A stretch of 64,000 nucleotides of DNA from Candidatus Poribacteria bacterium (lineage in GTDB: Bacteria; Poribacteria; WGA-4E; WGA-3G), in NCBI GenBank assembly GCA_022825825.1, contig JAJDWA010000040.1, positions 10,488 to 74,487 on the forward strand. Reading direction: 5' to 3'. Made by a program: the position numbers and the translations under genes. This document shows, piece after piece, positions 9,956-18,667 of the stretch. The notes beneath the pieces were generated by a model that had not been told where the DNA came from, made no database searches, and saw only the letters and a list, made by a program, of their open reading frames with translations. Position 1 is the first letter of the stretch; each line of letters begins with the position of its first letter.

Positions 9956-10129
9956 TCAGCAGTCAGCAAGAGTGTTAACATCTACAGATAAACACCCTTC
10001 AATTGCCTCATAAATGTTTTCAAGCAATTCTTCAAAAGTGTCGCCTTGTGTAGCACAACCGGCAATTGATGGTACTTCTGCCCAATATCCGCCCTCTTCA
10101 GCGTTGTGAATAACAACTTTTAGTTTCAT
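9956..10129 (-). CDS. hicB: HicB-like (UPF0150) antitoxin-family small protein, no adjacent HicA
   Basis: Own translation, 57 aa (below the track cutoff): [57 protein letters not shown]. This is the typical HicB N-terminal fold signature (..[17 protein letters not shown]...N..EAI...L). Confidence 0.6.
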   Translation of the reverse strand: MKLKVVIHNAEEGGYWAEVPSIAGCATQGDTFEELLENIYEAIEGCLSVDVNTLADC

Positions 10130-10190
10130 GAATTTAAAAGTCTACTCCCATCAAAATTGTTTTATCTATCTTTGTGAAAACCTCTCAAAA

Positions 10191-10982
10191 TTAACTGCTT
10201 GCTTTCAAACGTGCAAGTTCTTCACGGAGTTGTGCGGCTTCTGCTTCGGCTGTCTCAGCGCGTGTTTCTGCGTTTTCTCGTGCGATGGACTCCTGTTCGG
10301 CACGTGCTTCAGCGTTTTCTGCGCGGGCAGCTTCTTGTTCTGCGCGTGCTTCAGCGTTTTCTGCACGGGCAGCTTCTTGTTCTGCGCGTGTCTGAACCCA
10401 TTCGATCGCAATAGGGTCATAAATCCCTATCTCTGCACCCCGAAGGCGAAAATCCAAACCCAGCACAGATGAACGAATACCCCCGTCATCATCCGGCGGA
10501 ATTGCCACATAGACATCATCCACTAACGTAAATCCCATCAGCGGAGAGGGTAAATACAACCCCTCCGCATCATATAAGAAGTAATCCTGTATTCCCAGTG
10601 AACAGTAAACATCCATTTTCTCATCTAAGTCTTTATCATAGGTGCTTTTACTGGAAAACTCCATCACAAAATCGGGGGCTTTGCCTTCCTCCCATACTTT
10701 ATACGTCAGACGCAGCTTTGGGTTTATGCCAAAACAGACAAGCACATCCGGAGATATAGACTTCCGGGGTTCCCCCTCTTTGTAATACATCATTATGTCA
10801 CCGGAGATATAGACCTCCGGATTTTGTGCGAAATGTGCCTCAAGTGCCTGCAGCGTCCATATTAGTAATCTTAGATGATAATCGCTTGCTGCCATCGGTT
10901 TCCCATCTTCAGAAGGGTAAAGGTCTATATCGTCAGTCGGGGCATAAGAGATAAAGGTATCTTTGGAATATGTGCGTGCCAT
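10191..10982 (-). CDS. Uma2-family (DUF820) restriction-endonuclease-like protein with Ala/Glu-rich coiled-coil tail, copy 1
   Basis: The ORF track gives 10191..11009. ATG at 10982 (MARTYSKD) has an AAGGAG RBS. Core ..ISPDVLVCFG..APDFVMEFSSKST..D...K...Y..LGIQDYFLYD.. is typical Uma2. The tail is AEQEAAR/AENAEAR heptads. Confidence 0.8.
   Translation of the reverse strand: MARTYSKDTFISYAPTDDIDLYPSEDGKPMAASDYHLRLLIWTLQALEAHFAQNPEVYISGDIMMYYKEGEPRKSISPDVLVCFGINPKLRLTYKVWEEGKAPDFVMEFSSKSTYDKDLDEKMDVYCSLGIQDYFLYDAEGLYLPSPLMGFTLVDDVYVAIPPDDDGGIRSSVLGLDFRLRGAEIGIYDPIAIEWVQTRAEQEAARAENAEARAEQEAARAENAEARAEQESIARENAETRAETAEAEAAQLREELARLKASS
10300..10383. repeat. Tandem repeat, 2 x 42 nt (alternating 21-nt A/B units) inside the Uma2 copy 1 tail
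   Basis: gcacgtgcttcagcgttttctgcgcgggcagcttcttgttct (10300-10341) is followed by a near-identical copy (10342-10383). It encodes AEQEAARAENAEAR repeats. Confidence 0.85.
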
Positions 10983-11045
10983 TAGGTTTCTCCTTGTTGC
11001 CCGATGCATGAAAACGGAGATAATCAGTTTTATGTAATTTCAGTA

Positions 11046-11708
11046 TCACTTTTTCTTGAGAAGCATTTGTTGATCAGAATAAGTCAATGTCAACGTGTTC
11101 CCTGTGACATCCCATGTATATTCGATGCCACTATCGAATATATAATTTGAAGGATCCGGTTTAGATCCGCTTTGCGATTCTGCTGCCAAATCTGCTTCTA
11201 ACTGTTCTACAGTTTTACCTACTATTTGTACTGCCCATACCTCTTTCGGCTCAAGCGTTACGTCCACATCTAATTTAATATCTTCTGTAGTGGCCTTTAA
11301 GGCTTCCTCATCTGCAGTCCATATACCTGTTATAGTTTGAGTTAGTTTCTGTGTCATTGAGTGAATAGGCGGGCCCGGATATTTCTCTGATACCTCGAAC
11401 ACTAAGATGCCTAACAACGAACCATCAGCTCCAAAAACCCAACTGTTTGAAATGAGCGTGGACTCTTGTTCAGCTTCTATGTCGTCCGATTGTTCAGGTA
11501 CGAAATTTTGAGAGAAAAATGTTTCAAACATTTCGCCATTAATTGAAATAATTTCCCAAGAACTTCCAACGAAGTCTAAAACAACGTTATCATCATCTTT
11601 TTCTTCACTATCGTCATTCTCACCACAACCGACCAAGAAAATGGAGAGCAGGCCTATCAAGACTATAGCCGAGGTTCTAAAAAATAGTTTCATGCTAATT
11701 TCAACCAT
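11046..11708 (-). CDS. Hypothetical lipoprotein
   Basis: 220-aa ORF. Signal peptide with lipobox LVGC (..LLSIFLVGCGENDD..). No recognisable catalytic motifs. Sits between the two Uma2 paralogs. Confidence 0.6.
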   Translation of the reverse strand: MVEISMKLFFRTSAIVLIGLLSIFLVGCGENDDSEEKDDDNVVLDFVGSSWEIISINGEMFETFFSQNFVPEQSDDIEAEQESTLISNSWVFGADGSLLGILVFEVSEKYPGPPIHSMTQKLTQTITGIWTADEEALKATTEDIKLDVDVTLEPKEVWAVQIVGKTVEQLEADLAAESQSGSKPDPSNYIFDSGIEYTWDVTGNTLTLTYSDQQMLLKKK

Positions 11709-11759
11709 AAGTTAGTATTTTCTCAAAAACTGCATCTTGTTTTTTCTGGGTATCTTCTA

Positions 11760-12506
11760 TTACTCCGCACGCAGACGCTCAATTTCTGCTAAAGCCTTAG
11801 CGAGTTCTGCTTCAGCGTTTTCTGCGCGTGCTTCAGCGTTTTCTGCGCGTGCAGCTTCTTGCTCAGCGCGTGCAGCCTCTTGTTCTGCGCGTGCAGCCTC
11901 TTGTTCTGCGCGTGTCTGAACCCATTCACCTGTAACAGAGTCATAAATCCCTATCTCTGCACCCCGAAGACGGAAATCCAAACCCAAAACGGATGAACGA
12001 ATCCCGCCGTCATCATCCGGCGGAATTGCCACATAGACATCATCCACTAACGTAAATCCCATCAGCGGAGAGGGTAAATACAACCCCTCCGCATCATATA
12101 AGAAGTAATCCTGTATCCCCAATGAACAGTAGACATCCATTTTCTCATCTAAGTCTTTATCATAGGTGCTTTTACTGGAAAACTCCATCACGAAATCGGG
12201 GGCTTTGCCTTCCTCCCATACTCTATACGTCAGACGCAGCTTTGGGTTTATGCCAAAACAGACAAGCACATCCGGAGATATAGATTTCCGGGGTTCTCCC
12301 TCTTTGTAATACATCATTATGTCACCGGAGATATAGACCTCCGGATTTTGTGCGAAATGTGCATCAAGCGCTTGCAGCGTCCATATTAGTAATCTTAGAT
12401 GATAATCGCTTGCTGCCATCGGTTTCCCATCTTCAGAAGGGTAAAGGTCTATATCGTCAGTAGGAGCATAAGAGATAAAGGTATCTTTGGAATATGGACG
12501 GGCCAT
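11760..12506 (-). CDS. Uma2-family (DUF820) endonuclease-like protein with coiled-coil tail, copy 2
   Basis: The ORF track gives 11760..12629. ATG at 12506 (MARPYSKD) has an AAGGAG RBS. About 96% nucleotide identity to copy 1 across ~540 nt of core (22 mismatches counted by eye). Confidence 0.8.
   Translation of the reverse strand: MARPYSKDTFISYAPTDDIDLYPSEDGKPMAASDYHLRLLIWTLQALDAHFAQNPEVYISGDIMMYYKEGEPRKSISPDVLVCFGINPKLRLTYRVWEEGKAPDFVMEFSSKSTYDKDLDEKMDVYCSLGIQDYFLYDAEGLYLPSPLMGFTLVDDVYVAIPPDDDGGIRSSVLGLDFRLRGAEIGIYDSVTGEWVQTRAEQEAARAEQEAARAEQEAARAENAEARAENAEAELAKALAEIERLRAE
11809..11913. repeat. Tandem repeat, 5 x 21 nt (2 A units + 3 B units) inside the Uma2 copy 2 tail
   Basis: gcttcagcgttttctgcgcgt x2 (11809-11850), then gcagcYtcttgYtcWgcgcgt x3 (11851-11913). 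Unit order and number differ from copy 1. Confidence 0.9.
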
Positions 12507-12690
12507 TCTATTCTCCTTAAAAAGTTTATAGTCCTTTCGTTTCCTATTTCCCAATCTCAGCCATAAGTTAATATTTTTCCATCCTGAATTCGGTTTTTCT
12601 GGGTCTGAAATGTCAAAACACGGAAGCAAGACTGTTCTTATTTTTTAACGGTCTCAATCCAGTCTTTTTAATCTCATAGTCATAGAACAC

Positions 12691-12921
12691 TTAGTCTGCT
12701 GCTACGAATGCCTCCTGTACTTTGGGAGGTAGTTCAACAAAAATGAAATAAGATTCGGGATACAAATAATCCTCTTGAGATTCATCAACGACTCGCAGAT
12801 ATCCATCACGAGCTGCTTCTTCATCAGGCAGAATTTGGTAAAATTTTCGCTTCTCTATGTCCTCACAACCGCTATTTTCTATGTAAAGCGCAAATTGGGT
12901 TTCTAATAGCGTTTTTTCCAT
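12691..12921 (-). CDS. Hypothetical small acidic protein
   Basis: 76-aa ORF co-oriented with its neighbours. No motif recognised and no clear RBS. Confidence 0.4.
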   Translation of the reverse strand: MEKTLLETQFALYIENSGCEDIEKRKFYQILPDEEAARDGYLRVVDESQEDYLYPESYFIFVELPPKVQEAFVAAD

Positions 12922-12943
12922 AGTTTAATTTCAGACTCTGAAA

Positions 12944-13285
12944 TTAATAGTTGCCGTAAAACTGAATACGGTTGCCTTCTGGATCGCGGATATCGAAAAT
13001 GGCATGCCCATCGTTATTTTCAAGTTTTCGTAATCGCTTCCCTTTCGATTTCAGTCGCTGATGAACAGCACTCACGCTTTCAACGTGAAACATCAGTTTT
13101 TGTCTCCCTTCGTTGGGTTTGCTGGCACTATGGAGACACAACGTGCCAGCACCTGCCTTAAAGCGAAAAAAGCGGTGTTCCGGGAACGGTTGATCTTCAT
13201 CTGGTGTCAATCCGATTACATCTCTATAAAACGCAATGACAGTTTTCATATCTTTTACAAAAAGCATAATGCCTTTGAGTTCCAT
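12944..13285 (-). CDS. VOC-family (glyoxalase/bleomycin-resistance fold) protein
   Basis: ORF 12944..13297. ATG at 13285 (MELKGIMLFVKDM..) is preceded by GGAGGA. Typical VOC pattern ..FYRDVIGL.. and ..FDIRDPEGNRIQF.. Confidence 0.75.
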   Translation of the reverse strand: MELKGIMLFVKDMKTVIAFYRDVIGLTPDEDQPFPEHRFFRFKAGAGTLCLHSASKPNEGRQKLMFHVESVSAVHQRLKSKGKRLRKLENNDGHAIFDIRDPEGNRIQFYGNY

Positions 13286-13322
13286 TGAATCCTCCAAAAA
13301 CAGATAATACGTTCTGACAAAG

Positions 13323-14519
13323 TTATCGATCTAATTCTCCCGCAATCACGTTCAAACTACCTAACACAGCCACCGTATCCGATACCATGCCGCCCTCCAA
13401 CATGTGCGGCAATGCTTGGAAATGAAAGAAACTTGGCGGACGAATTCTAATCCGATACGCAGTGCCACTTCCATCGCTCACAATGTAGAATCCTAATTCT
13501 CCATTTGGCGATTCCGTAGCACAATAATGATCTCCTGTGGGAGGTTGCACACCGTGCCCATCCATAACGATTTTAAAATGATGGATCAATCCTTCAATAT
13601 GCCCATACGCATCCGATTTGTCTGGCATCATGATTTTGTTATCTTCAACACTAAATGGACCATCCGGCAGATTATCAAGTGCTTGTCCAACGATACCGCA
13701 GCTTTGGATCATCTCCTCCATTCGTACTAAATATCGGTCGTACGCATCTCCGTTAGTACCAACTGGCACATCAAATTTCATTTCATCGTAAGAGGAATAC
13801 GGTTCCGCTTTACGGATGTCGTGCGCAACACCAGTTGCACGCAGACAGGGACCGGTCAACCCATAATTAATAGCATCTTCAGGAGAAATTGCCCCGACTC
13901 CTTTTGTTCTGTCCATCCAAATTCGGTTGCGGGTTAACAATGTATGTGTTTCTTTTAGTGCCTTTGGAAAATTGGTGATGAAATCACGGGCATCTGTTTC
14001 AAACCCATCATAGAGATCGCGGAAAACACCGCCGACACGGGTATAACTTGTTGTCAACCGCGCGCCTGTCGTCTTTTCAAAGATACTATAAAGTTTTTCG
14101 CGTTCGCGGAAACTGTAGAGGAAAACTGAAAATGCCCCTAAATCCAATGCTGCAGTGCCGAGCCAAAGCAGATGGTCAGCCAAACGCGAAAGTTCTGCCA
14201 TCAAAATTCGGATGTATTGACACCGTTTTGGCACTTCAATACCGAGTAATTGTTCCACTGCAAGCACATATCCAAAATTGTTAGACAACGGCGACAGATA
14301 ATTCATCCGGTCAGTTACAACGATGTACTGATTGTAATCTAAGTGTTCACCCAGCTTTTCAAAGCCAGTATGTAAGTATCCTGCATGGGGTGTCGCCTTC
14401 AAAATGGATTCACCGTCAAGTTCTAAGACGATACGAAGGGTGCCGTGTGTCGCAGGGTGTTGCGGTCCGAAGTTGAGGACCATCTTCTCGCCTGTTGTGC
14501 GTTCCATCTTACCTTGCAT
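13323..14519 (-). CDS. nuoD: NADH-quinone oxidoreductase subunit D
   Basis: 398-aa ORF. ..LNFGPQHPATHGTLRIVLELDGE.. and the C-terminal ..VLGSLNVIAGELDR are classic NuoD/49-kDa signatures. Confidence 0.95.
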   Translation of the reverse strand: MQGKMERTTGEKMVLNFGPQHPATHGTLRIVLELDGESILKATPHAGYLHTGFEKLGEHLDYNQYIVVTDRMNYLSPLSNNFGYVLAVEQLLGIEVPKRCQYIRILMAELSRLADHLLWLGTAALDLGAFSVFLYSFREREKLYSIFEKTTGARLTTSYTRVGGVFRDLYDGFETDARDFITNFPKALKETHTLLTRNRIWMDRTKGVGAISPEDAINYGLTGPCLRATGVAHDIRKAEPYSSYDEMKFDVPVGTNGDAYDRYLVRMEEMIQSCGIVGQALDNLPDGPFSVEDNKIMMPDKSDAYGHIEGLIHHFKIVMDGHGVQPPTGDHYCATESPNGELGFYIVSDGSGTAYRIRIRPPSFFHFQALPHMLEGGMVSDTVAVLGSLNVIAGELDR

Positions 14520-14565
14520 AAATTGATCCTTTTAAAATTACTTGCACTTTTCTGTTTACATTGTA

Positions 14566-15111
14566 TTAAACATTCTGTTTTTCAAAGTTGAAACGTTCAC
14601 GCTCACCACGTCCACGCAGCGGATAATCCTTACGGAGTGGGTGTCCCTCAAAATCATCAGGCATCAAAATTCGGCGCAGATCGGGATGTCCTTCAAAATC
14701 TATTCCGAACATATCGTGGGTTTCCCGCTCCAACCAGTTGGCGCCCTTCCATAACGTTGTCACCGAGGTGACTTTCAAATCCTTTTCATGCACTGGCACT
14801 TTGACTCGGATGCGAGGCGTTTCTCCTTCAAACGTATAGAGATGATAGACGACCATAAATCGTGCATAGTCGTACTGCATCAATTCCGATTCTAAATTGG
14901 AATTGTCAACCGCTGTTACATCAACAAGAAAAGCATACGCGAGTTCTGTCTTTAGATATTCCAACAGCGCGTAGCTATTATCCTTGTTCACAACAACAGC
15001 AACACCGTTACTGGTTTCGGCGTCCGCTAAGAGCGCATCTGCAAACTTTTCTCGTAGTTTCTCAAGCACGATCGGTTGCGTTTCTTCCGTAACCTCTTTT
15101 TCTTCACTCAT
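14566..15111 (-). CDS. nuoC: NADH-quinone oxidoreductase subunit C
   Basis: ORF 14566..15144. The likely ATG at 15111 (MSEEKEV..) overlaps the nuoB stop by 8 nt. NuoC/30-kDa motif ..[24 protein letters not shown].. Confidence 0.9.
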   Translation of the reverse strand: MSEEKEVTEETQPIVLEKLREKFADALLADAETSNGVAVVVNKDNSYALLEYLKTELAYAFLVDVTAVDNSNLESELMQYDYARFMVVYHLYTFEGETPRIRVKVPVHEKDLKVTSVTTLWKGANWLERETHDMFGIDFEGHPDLRRILMPDDFEGHPLRKDYPLRGRGERERFNFEKQNV

Positions 15112-15631
15112 TGTATGCAACCTCAGACCCTTTGGGGAGCTCACCTTTTTGGATTTGTCGTTGCACTTGCATCACAGCATCAATCAAATCTTCAGGGCGT
15201 GGTGGGCATCCAGGAATGTAGACATCAACAGGAAGGAATTGGTCAACGCCTTGTATTAAAGTATAGGTATCAAAAACGCCGCCGCAGGATGCACATGCAC
15301 CCATTGAGATGACCCACTTCGGGTCTGGCATCTGATCGTAAATTCGTTTCAGCACGGGCATCATTTTGATTGAAATTCGCCCAGAAACGATGAGTAGGTC
15401 GGATTGGCGTGGCGAGAACCGAATTGCCTCAGAACCGAATCGGGAGAGGTCAAATTTGGAAGCCAAGGTTGCCATCATCTCAATTGCACAGCAAGCGGTA
15501 CCGAACGGCATTGGCCACAAGGAATTCTTTCGTCCCCAGTTAACGACTTTGTCAATAGTCGTTGTGATGATGTTGCCATCTGTTTGTTCGGTGCTTGCTC
15601 CACTTTGTATATGGGTATTGGCTAATCCCAT
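15104..15631 (-). CDS. nuoB: NADH-quinone oxidoreductase subunit B
   Basis: ORF 15104..15652. ATG at 15631 has an AAGGAGG RBS. N2-cluster cysteines are present: ..[11 protein letters not shown].., ..GACASCGG.., ..IPGCPP.. Confidence 0.95.
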   Translation of the reverse strand: MGLANTHIQSGASTEQTDGNIITTTIDKVVNWGRKNSLWPMPFGTACCAIEMMATLASKFDLSRFGSEAIRFSPRQSDLLIVSGRISIKMMPVLKRIYDQMPDPKWVISMGACASCGGVFDTYTLIQGVDQFLPVDVYIPGCPPRPEDLIDAVMQVQRQIQKGELPKGSEVAYNE

Positions 15632-15996
15632 GTTAAGCCTCCTTTTTTCCAAGCGTAAATGTAGCCCAGAAGAAGAATGCCGATAAAAACCAGCATCTCA
15701 ATTAAAATAAATAAACCGTTATCTACAGACATTTTCTTAAAGACCACTGCCCACGGATAGAGAAAAACCACCTCAATGTCAAAGATAATAAAGAGCATCG
15801 CAATAAGGTCAAACCGAATAGTGAACCTTTGTCTTGCATCACCGACAGGTTGCACACCAGATTCATAGACAGAAAGTTTGACACGTGTGGGTTTTTTAGG
15901 TCCAAGAAGATGGGTCAGGGCGAGATTAACACCTGCAAAGAGGACTGCAAAGAGTCCTAAAAATACTATTGGAAGATACTTAGCTAATTCTGACAT
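15622..15996 (-). CDS. nuoA: NADH-quinone oxidoreductase subunit A
   Basis: 124-aa, 3-TM ORF (..[36 protein letters not shown]..). First gene of the locus. Confidence 0.9.
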   Translation of the reverse strand: MSELAKYLPIVFLGLFAVLFAGVNLALTHLLGPKKPTRVKLSVYESGVQPVGDARQRFTIRFDLIAMLFIIFDIEVVFLYPWAVVFKKMSVDNGLFILIEMLVFIGILLLGYIYAWKKGGLTWD

Positions 15997-16435
15997 TTGT
16001 TCTAATCTATTTTAAGCCTCCGGCAAACAGACAGATATAAAATTATCCTTTATTATATTCTGTTGATGCCAATAATTAACACTGATTAAGAGTTTTGCGT
16101 ACAAATTTTCAAGCGAATTTGTTAAACGTGCTTATAATTTTACATATTAAAAGAAAAGTGTCAAGTCTTTTTCAATAAATATTACAATTTTTTAGATGTT
16201 GGAGAGAAAAAGGGTGAGTTGATTTGCCCCCTCCATCTCCATGGAGCGTTGCTGATAACTCATCATCGCCATCAACGTGATTTTATCATGCAGAGCAAAC
16301 ATAGCACCGAACAAATGCACCTTCATGTCCATTCGGCGCGTGACCATCAGGTCGGGATGTCGAGGTATCTGTAAAAGATATAGACAACGTAAAAATAAAA
16401 ATGACAAACGTATTACGTCTCAAAAAAAATACTCC

Positions 16436-17827
16436 TTATGTGTTTTTCAGGTAAGGTTTCAGGTCCCATAACAGAATAGTGTCATCAAAACTGCCACTTG
16501 CCAAGATCGTGCTATCTGGTGAAAACGCAAGACATTGAATATCTGTTGGGTGTCCCAGAAAAGTGGCTATGTTTTCACCGGTACAAATGTCGAACAACCG
16601 AACAGGAACTTTCTCTACGCCTGGTTCCCAGTTTTCTCCGTAAGCCAAATACTGACCGCACGGGGAAAATTCTATTGGATCCACAGAAGCGATACTTGCC
16701 TCAACTGTGAAAGGTTTGTGTATTGTCACACGCGCTTCACACTGCTCGATGTCCCACACAAGTATCCTGTCGTCGCTGAACCTACCAGCCATTAGATTTC
16801 TACACGAAGAAAACACCTGAGGGGTGAAAGCACCTAAATCTTCAAAACGTTCTGCTAACGCTTCATAATTATCGTAATCATCCTTATGCATCATAAAATT
16901 TTCAGGGAATTCATCGATTTCTTCACCGCATATCACGTCCCACAACAGATTTGTGCCGTCAATATCGTTGCTGATAAGGCGTGTGCCATCCGGACTGAGT
17001 CTCACAAAGTCGATCCTATTTGTATGTTTACCACTGAATATGTGTTGCATCTGTCCGCTTTCGACATCCCAGACATAGACTGCACCATTTTCAAGATCAT
17101 TTTCATGCCAGTCCTTAGCATCAGTTCCATCCGCACAAGCAAGGAAGTTCGTGGTGGGCGAATATGCCATTGCACGCCGATTGGGCAATCCTCCAGGGAT
17201 TGTTAGTTCAGCTATCGGTTCACTTTGCCCAATTTCCCACAGATTCAGGGTGTTGCCCCAATACTCAGACTCTCCCGGAGGATACCCGGTGGCATAAAAT
17301 TTGCCAGTCGCGGTGTCCGAATAAACGGCAACGATATGACAACGCGGCTTTGTAACGACACGCTGCGGACGATCAGTTGTAACATCCCATAGCACGACAC
17401 CACCAAATTGCCGACACCCCGCAGCAAGCGTTTTTCCATCAGGTGAAAATGTTAGGGAATGCAAATCGCCAAGTTCCCACGGCAGTATAGAGAGGTTTTC
17501 TGTGTTTCCCATCGTCTTAACTTGGACTTCAAAATCACTTTGGAAGGCAAGATGTGTGCCGTTGGAAAAGTGAATAGGATAAATTTCTCCGGCATAATAA
17601 TTTTCTTTCTGAAAATTTTCTTTCTGAAAAGTATACAACGCCTTTTGCTGTGTGACATCCCACACTGTGACTCCGGTTAGCGGGATTATTCCTGTAGGGG
17701 TTTCCTCATAAGAGATCCCTGCTGCCCGAAGAGTGCCATCGGGTGCGTAGGAAACATTCATCAGAGTGTCATCGGACGAAGGATATGTTTGCTGCAGCTG
17801 CCAAGTGGCAGTCTCAAAGACTTGCAC
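16436..17827 (-). CDS. WD40-repeat beta-propeller protein
   Basis: 463-aa ORF with repeated ..FSPDG..LA.G....V.LWDV.. units. The last blade reads LGHPTDIQCLAFSPDSTILASGSFDDTILLWD. Confidence 0.85.
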   Translation of the reverse strand: MQVFETATWQLQQTYPSSDDTLMNVSYAPDGTLRAAGISYEETPTGIIPLTGVTVWDVTQQKALYTFQKENFQKENYYAGEIYPIHFSNGTHLAFQSDFEVQVKTMGNTENLSILPWELGDLHSLTFSPDGKTLAAGCRQFGGVVLWDVTTDRPQRVVTKPRCHIVAVYSDTATGKFYATGYPPGESEYWGNTLNLWEIGQSEPIAELTIPGGLPNRRAMAYSPTTNFLACADGTDAKDWHENDLENGAVYVWDVESGQMQHIFSGKHTNRIDFVRLSPDGTRLISNDIDGTNLLWDVICGEEIDEFPENFMMHKDDYDNYEALAERFEDLGAFTPQVFSSCRNLMAGRFSDDRILVWDIEQCEARVTIHKPFTVEASIASVDPIEFSPCGQYLAYGENWEPGVEKVPVRLFDICTGENIATFLGHPTDIQCLAFSPDSTILASGSFDDTILLWDLKPYLKNT

Positions 17828-17937
17828 AGTCCCCTTTATCCCCCCGCAAGCAAGGGGAGCTCAGACAGGTGCAAAAGTGTCCAAATAATTATGGGGTTTA
17901 CTATAAAGTGCGTCCTATAGAGGTTCGCGCTCGGACT

Positions 17938-18183
17938 TCATTGATAGCACGTTTTTTTGTCTAATATCCCTAAACCTAAGATACCCACGTCAAATTTAGG
18001 GCGTTGTCGAATACGTTCAGCCACTAATTCTGATTGTTGTTCAGGGGATAATTGGATAAATGACAACCGTGCTGGTTCTTCTTCTACTACTACTTCCCGT
18101 AAAGATAACCATTGCCCATCGGGATCCATAGCCACCGGACGACTCCAGTGGTCTTCACGAGTCACTGGTGCTTTAGTTGTCAT
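17938..18183 (-). CDS. Hypothetical protein
   Basis: ORF 17938..18204. ATG at 18183 (MTTKAPV..) is preceded by AAGGAG. No motif recognised. Confidence 0.4.
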   Translation of the reverse strand: MTTKAPVTREDHWSRPVAMDPDGQWLSLREVVVEEEPARLSFIQLSPEQQSELVAERIRQRPKFDVGILGLGILDKKTCYQ

Positions 18184-18667
18184 GAGTGTCTCCTTAAAAA
18201 TCAAGGTCCTACAAATCTCGGGTGTGTAAATATTTTGTCAATCGTCCGTTTAGGGCTACGCAGATTCTGTCCGAGTGATAGAGAGGTCGAGCGGACAGAA
18301 GAAAGGTACCTCCAGCAAACAATAACAGTTGAATTCCTTTATGAAACAGTATTTATTAGAATTGGTATAACAGTATACGATAAGAATGAAGAAAAATCAA
18401 GGAAACCCAAAAAAGAAAGTGTAGACAGGTCCGATTTCACACCTCTCTGCAGGCGAAGTTTCGTAACATCGTCTGCAGAGAAGGTAATTTGGGGTTGGAC
18501 TATGCGGTGCTAACAAATAGCGGATATGTCAGTTGAAGGCAAATTGTGCAAACCTAATATGTTCCCTATAGCGTTTCCTTTTTTTTTAGCCCCAAATGTA
18601 TTTCAACCGGGGACGGTTCAGCCTCTATCAAAACTTTATGAGATTTAGCAATTGGCAAACTCGCGTT

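Noticed and set aside
16000-16435. ORFs 16192-16407 (-) and 16277-16471 (+) in the nuoA upstream gap
   Set aside because: They are mutually overlapping short ORFs without RBSs or recognisable motifs. The region is more plausibly the nuo promoter/leader, but I could not identify convincing -35/-10 boxes.
18268-18482. Two 8-bp-stem hairpins (tctgtccg..cggacaga at ~18268-18301; ctctgcag..ctgcagag at ~18447-18482) as a candidate small RNA
   Set aside because: The stems are short, there are no flanking promoter or terminator signals, and no second copy exists in the window. The evidence is insufficient for a feature call.
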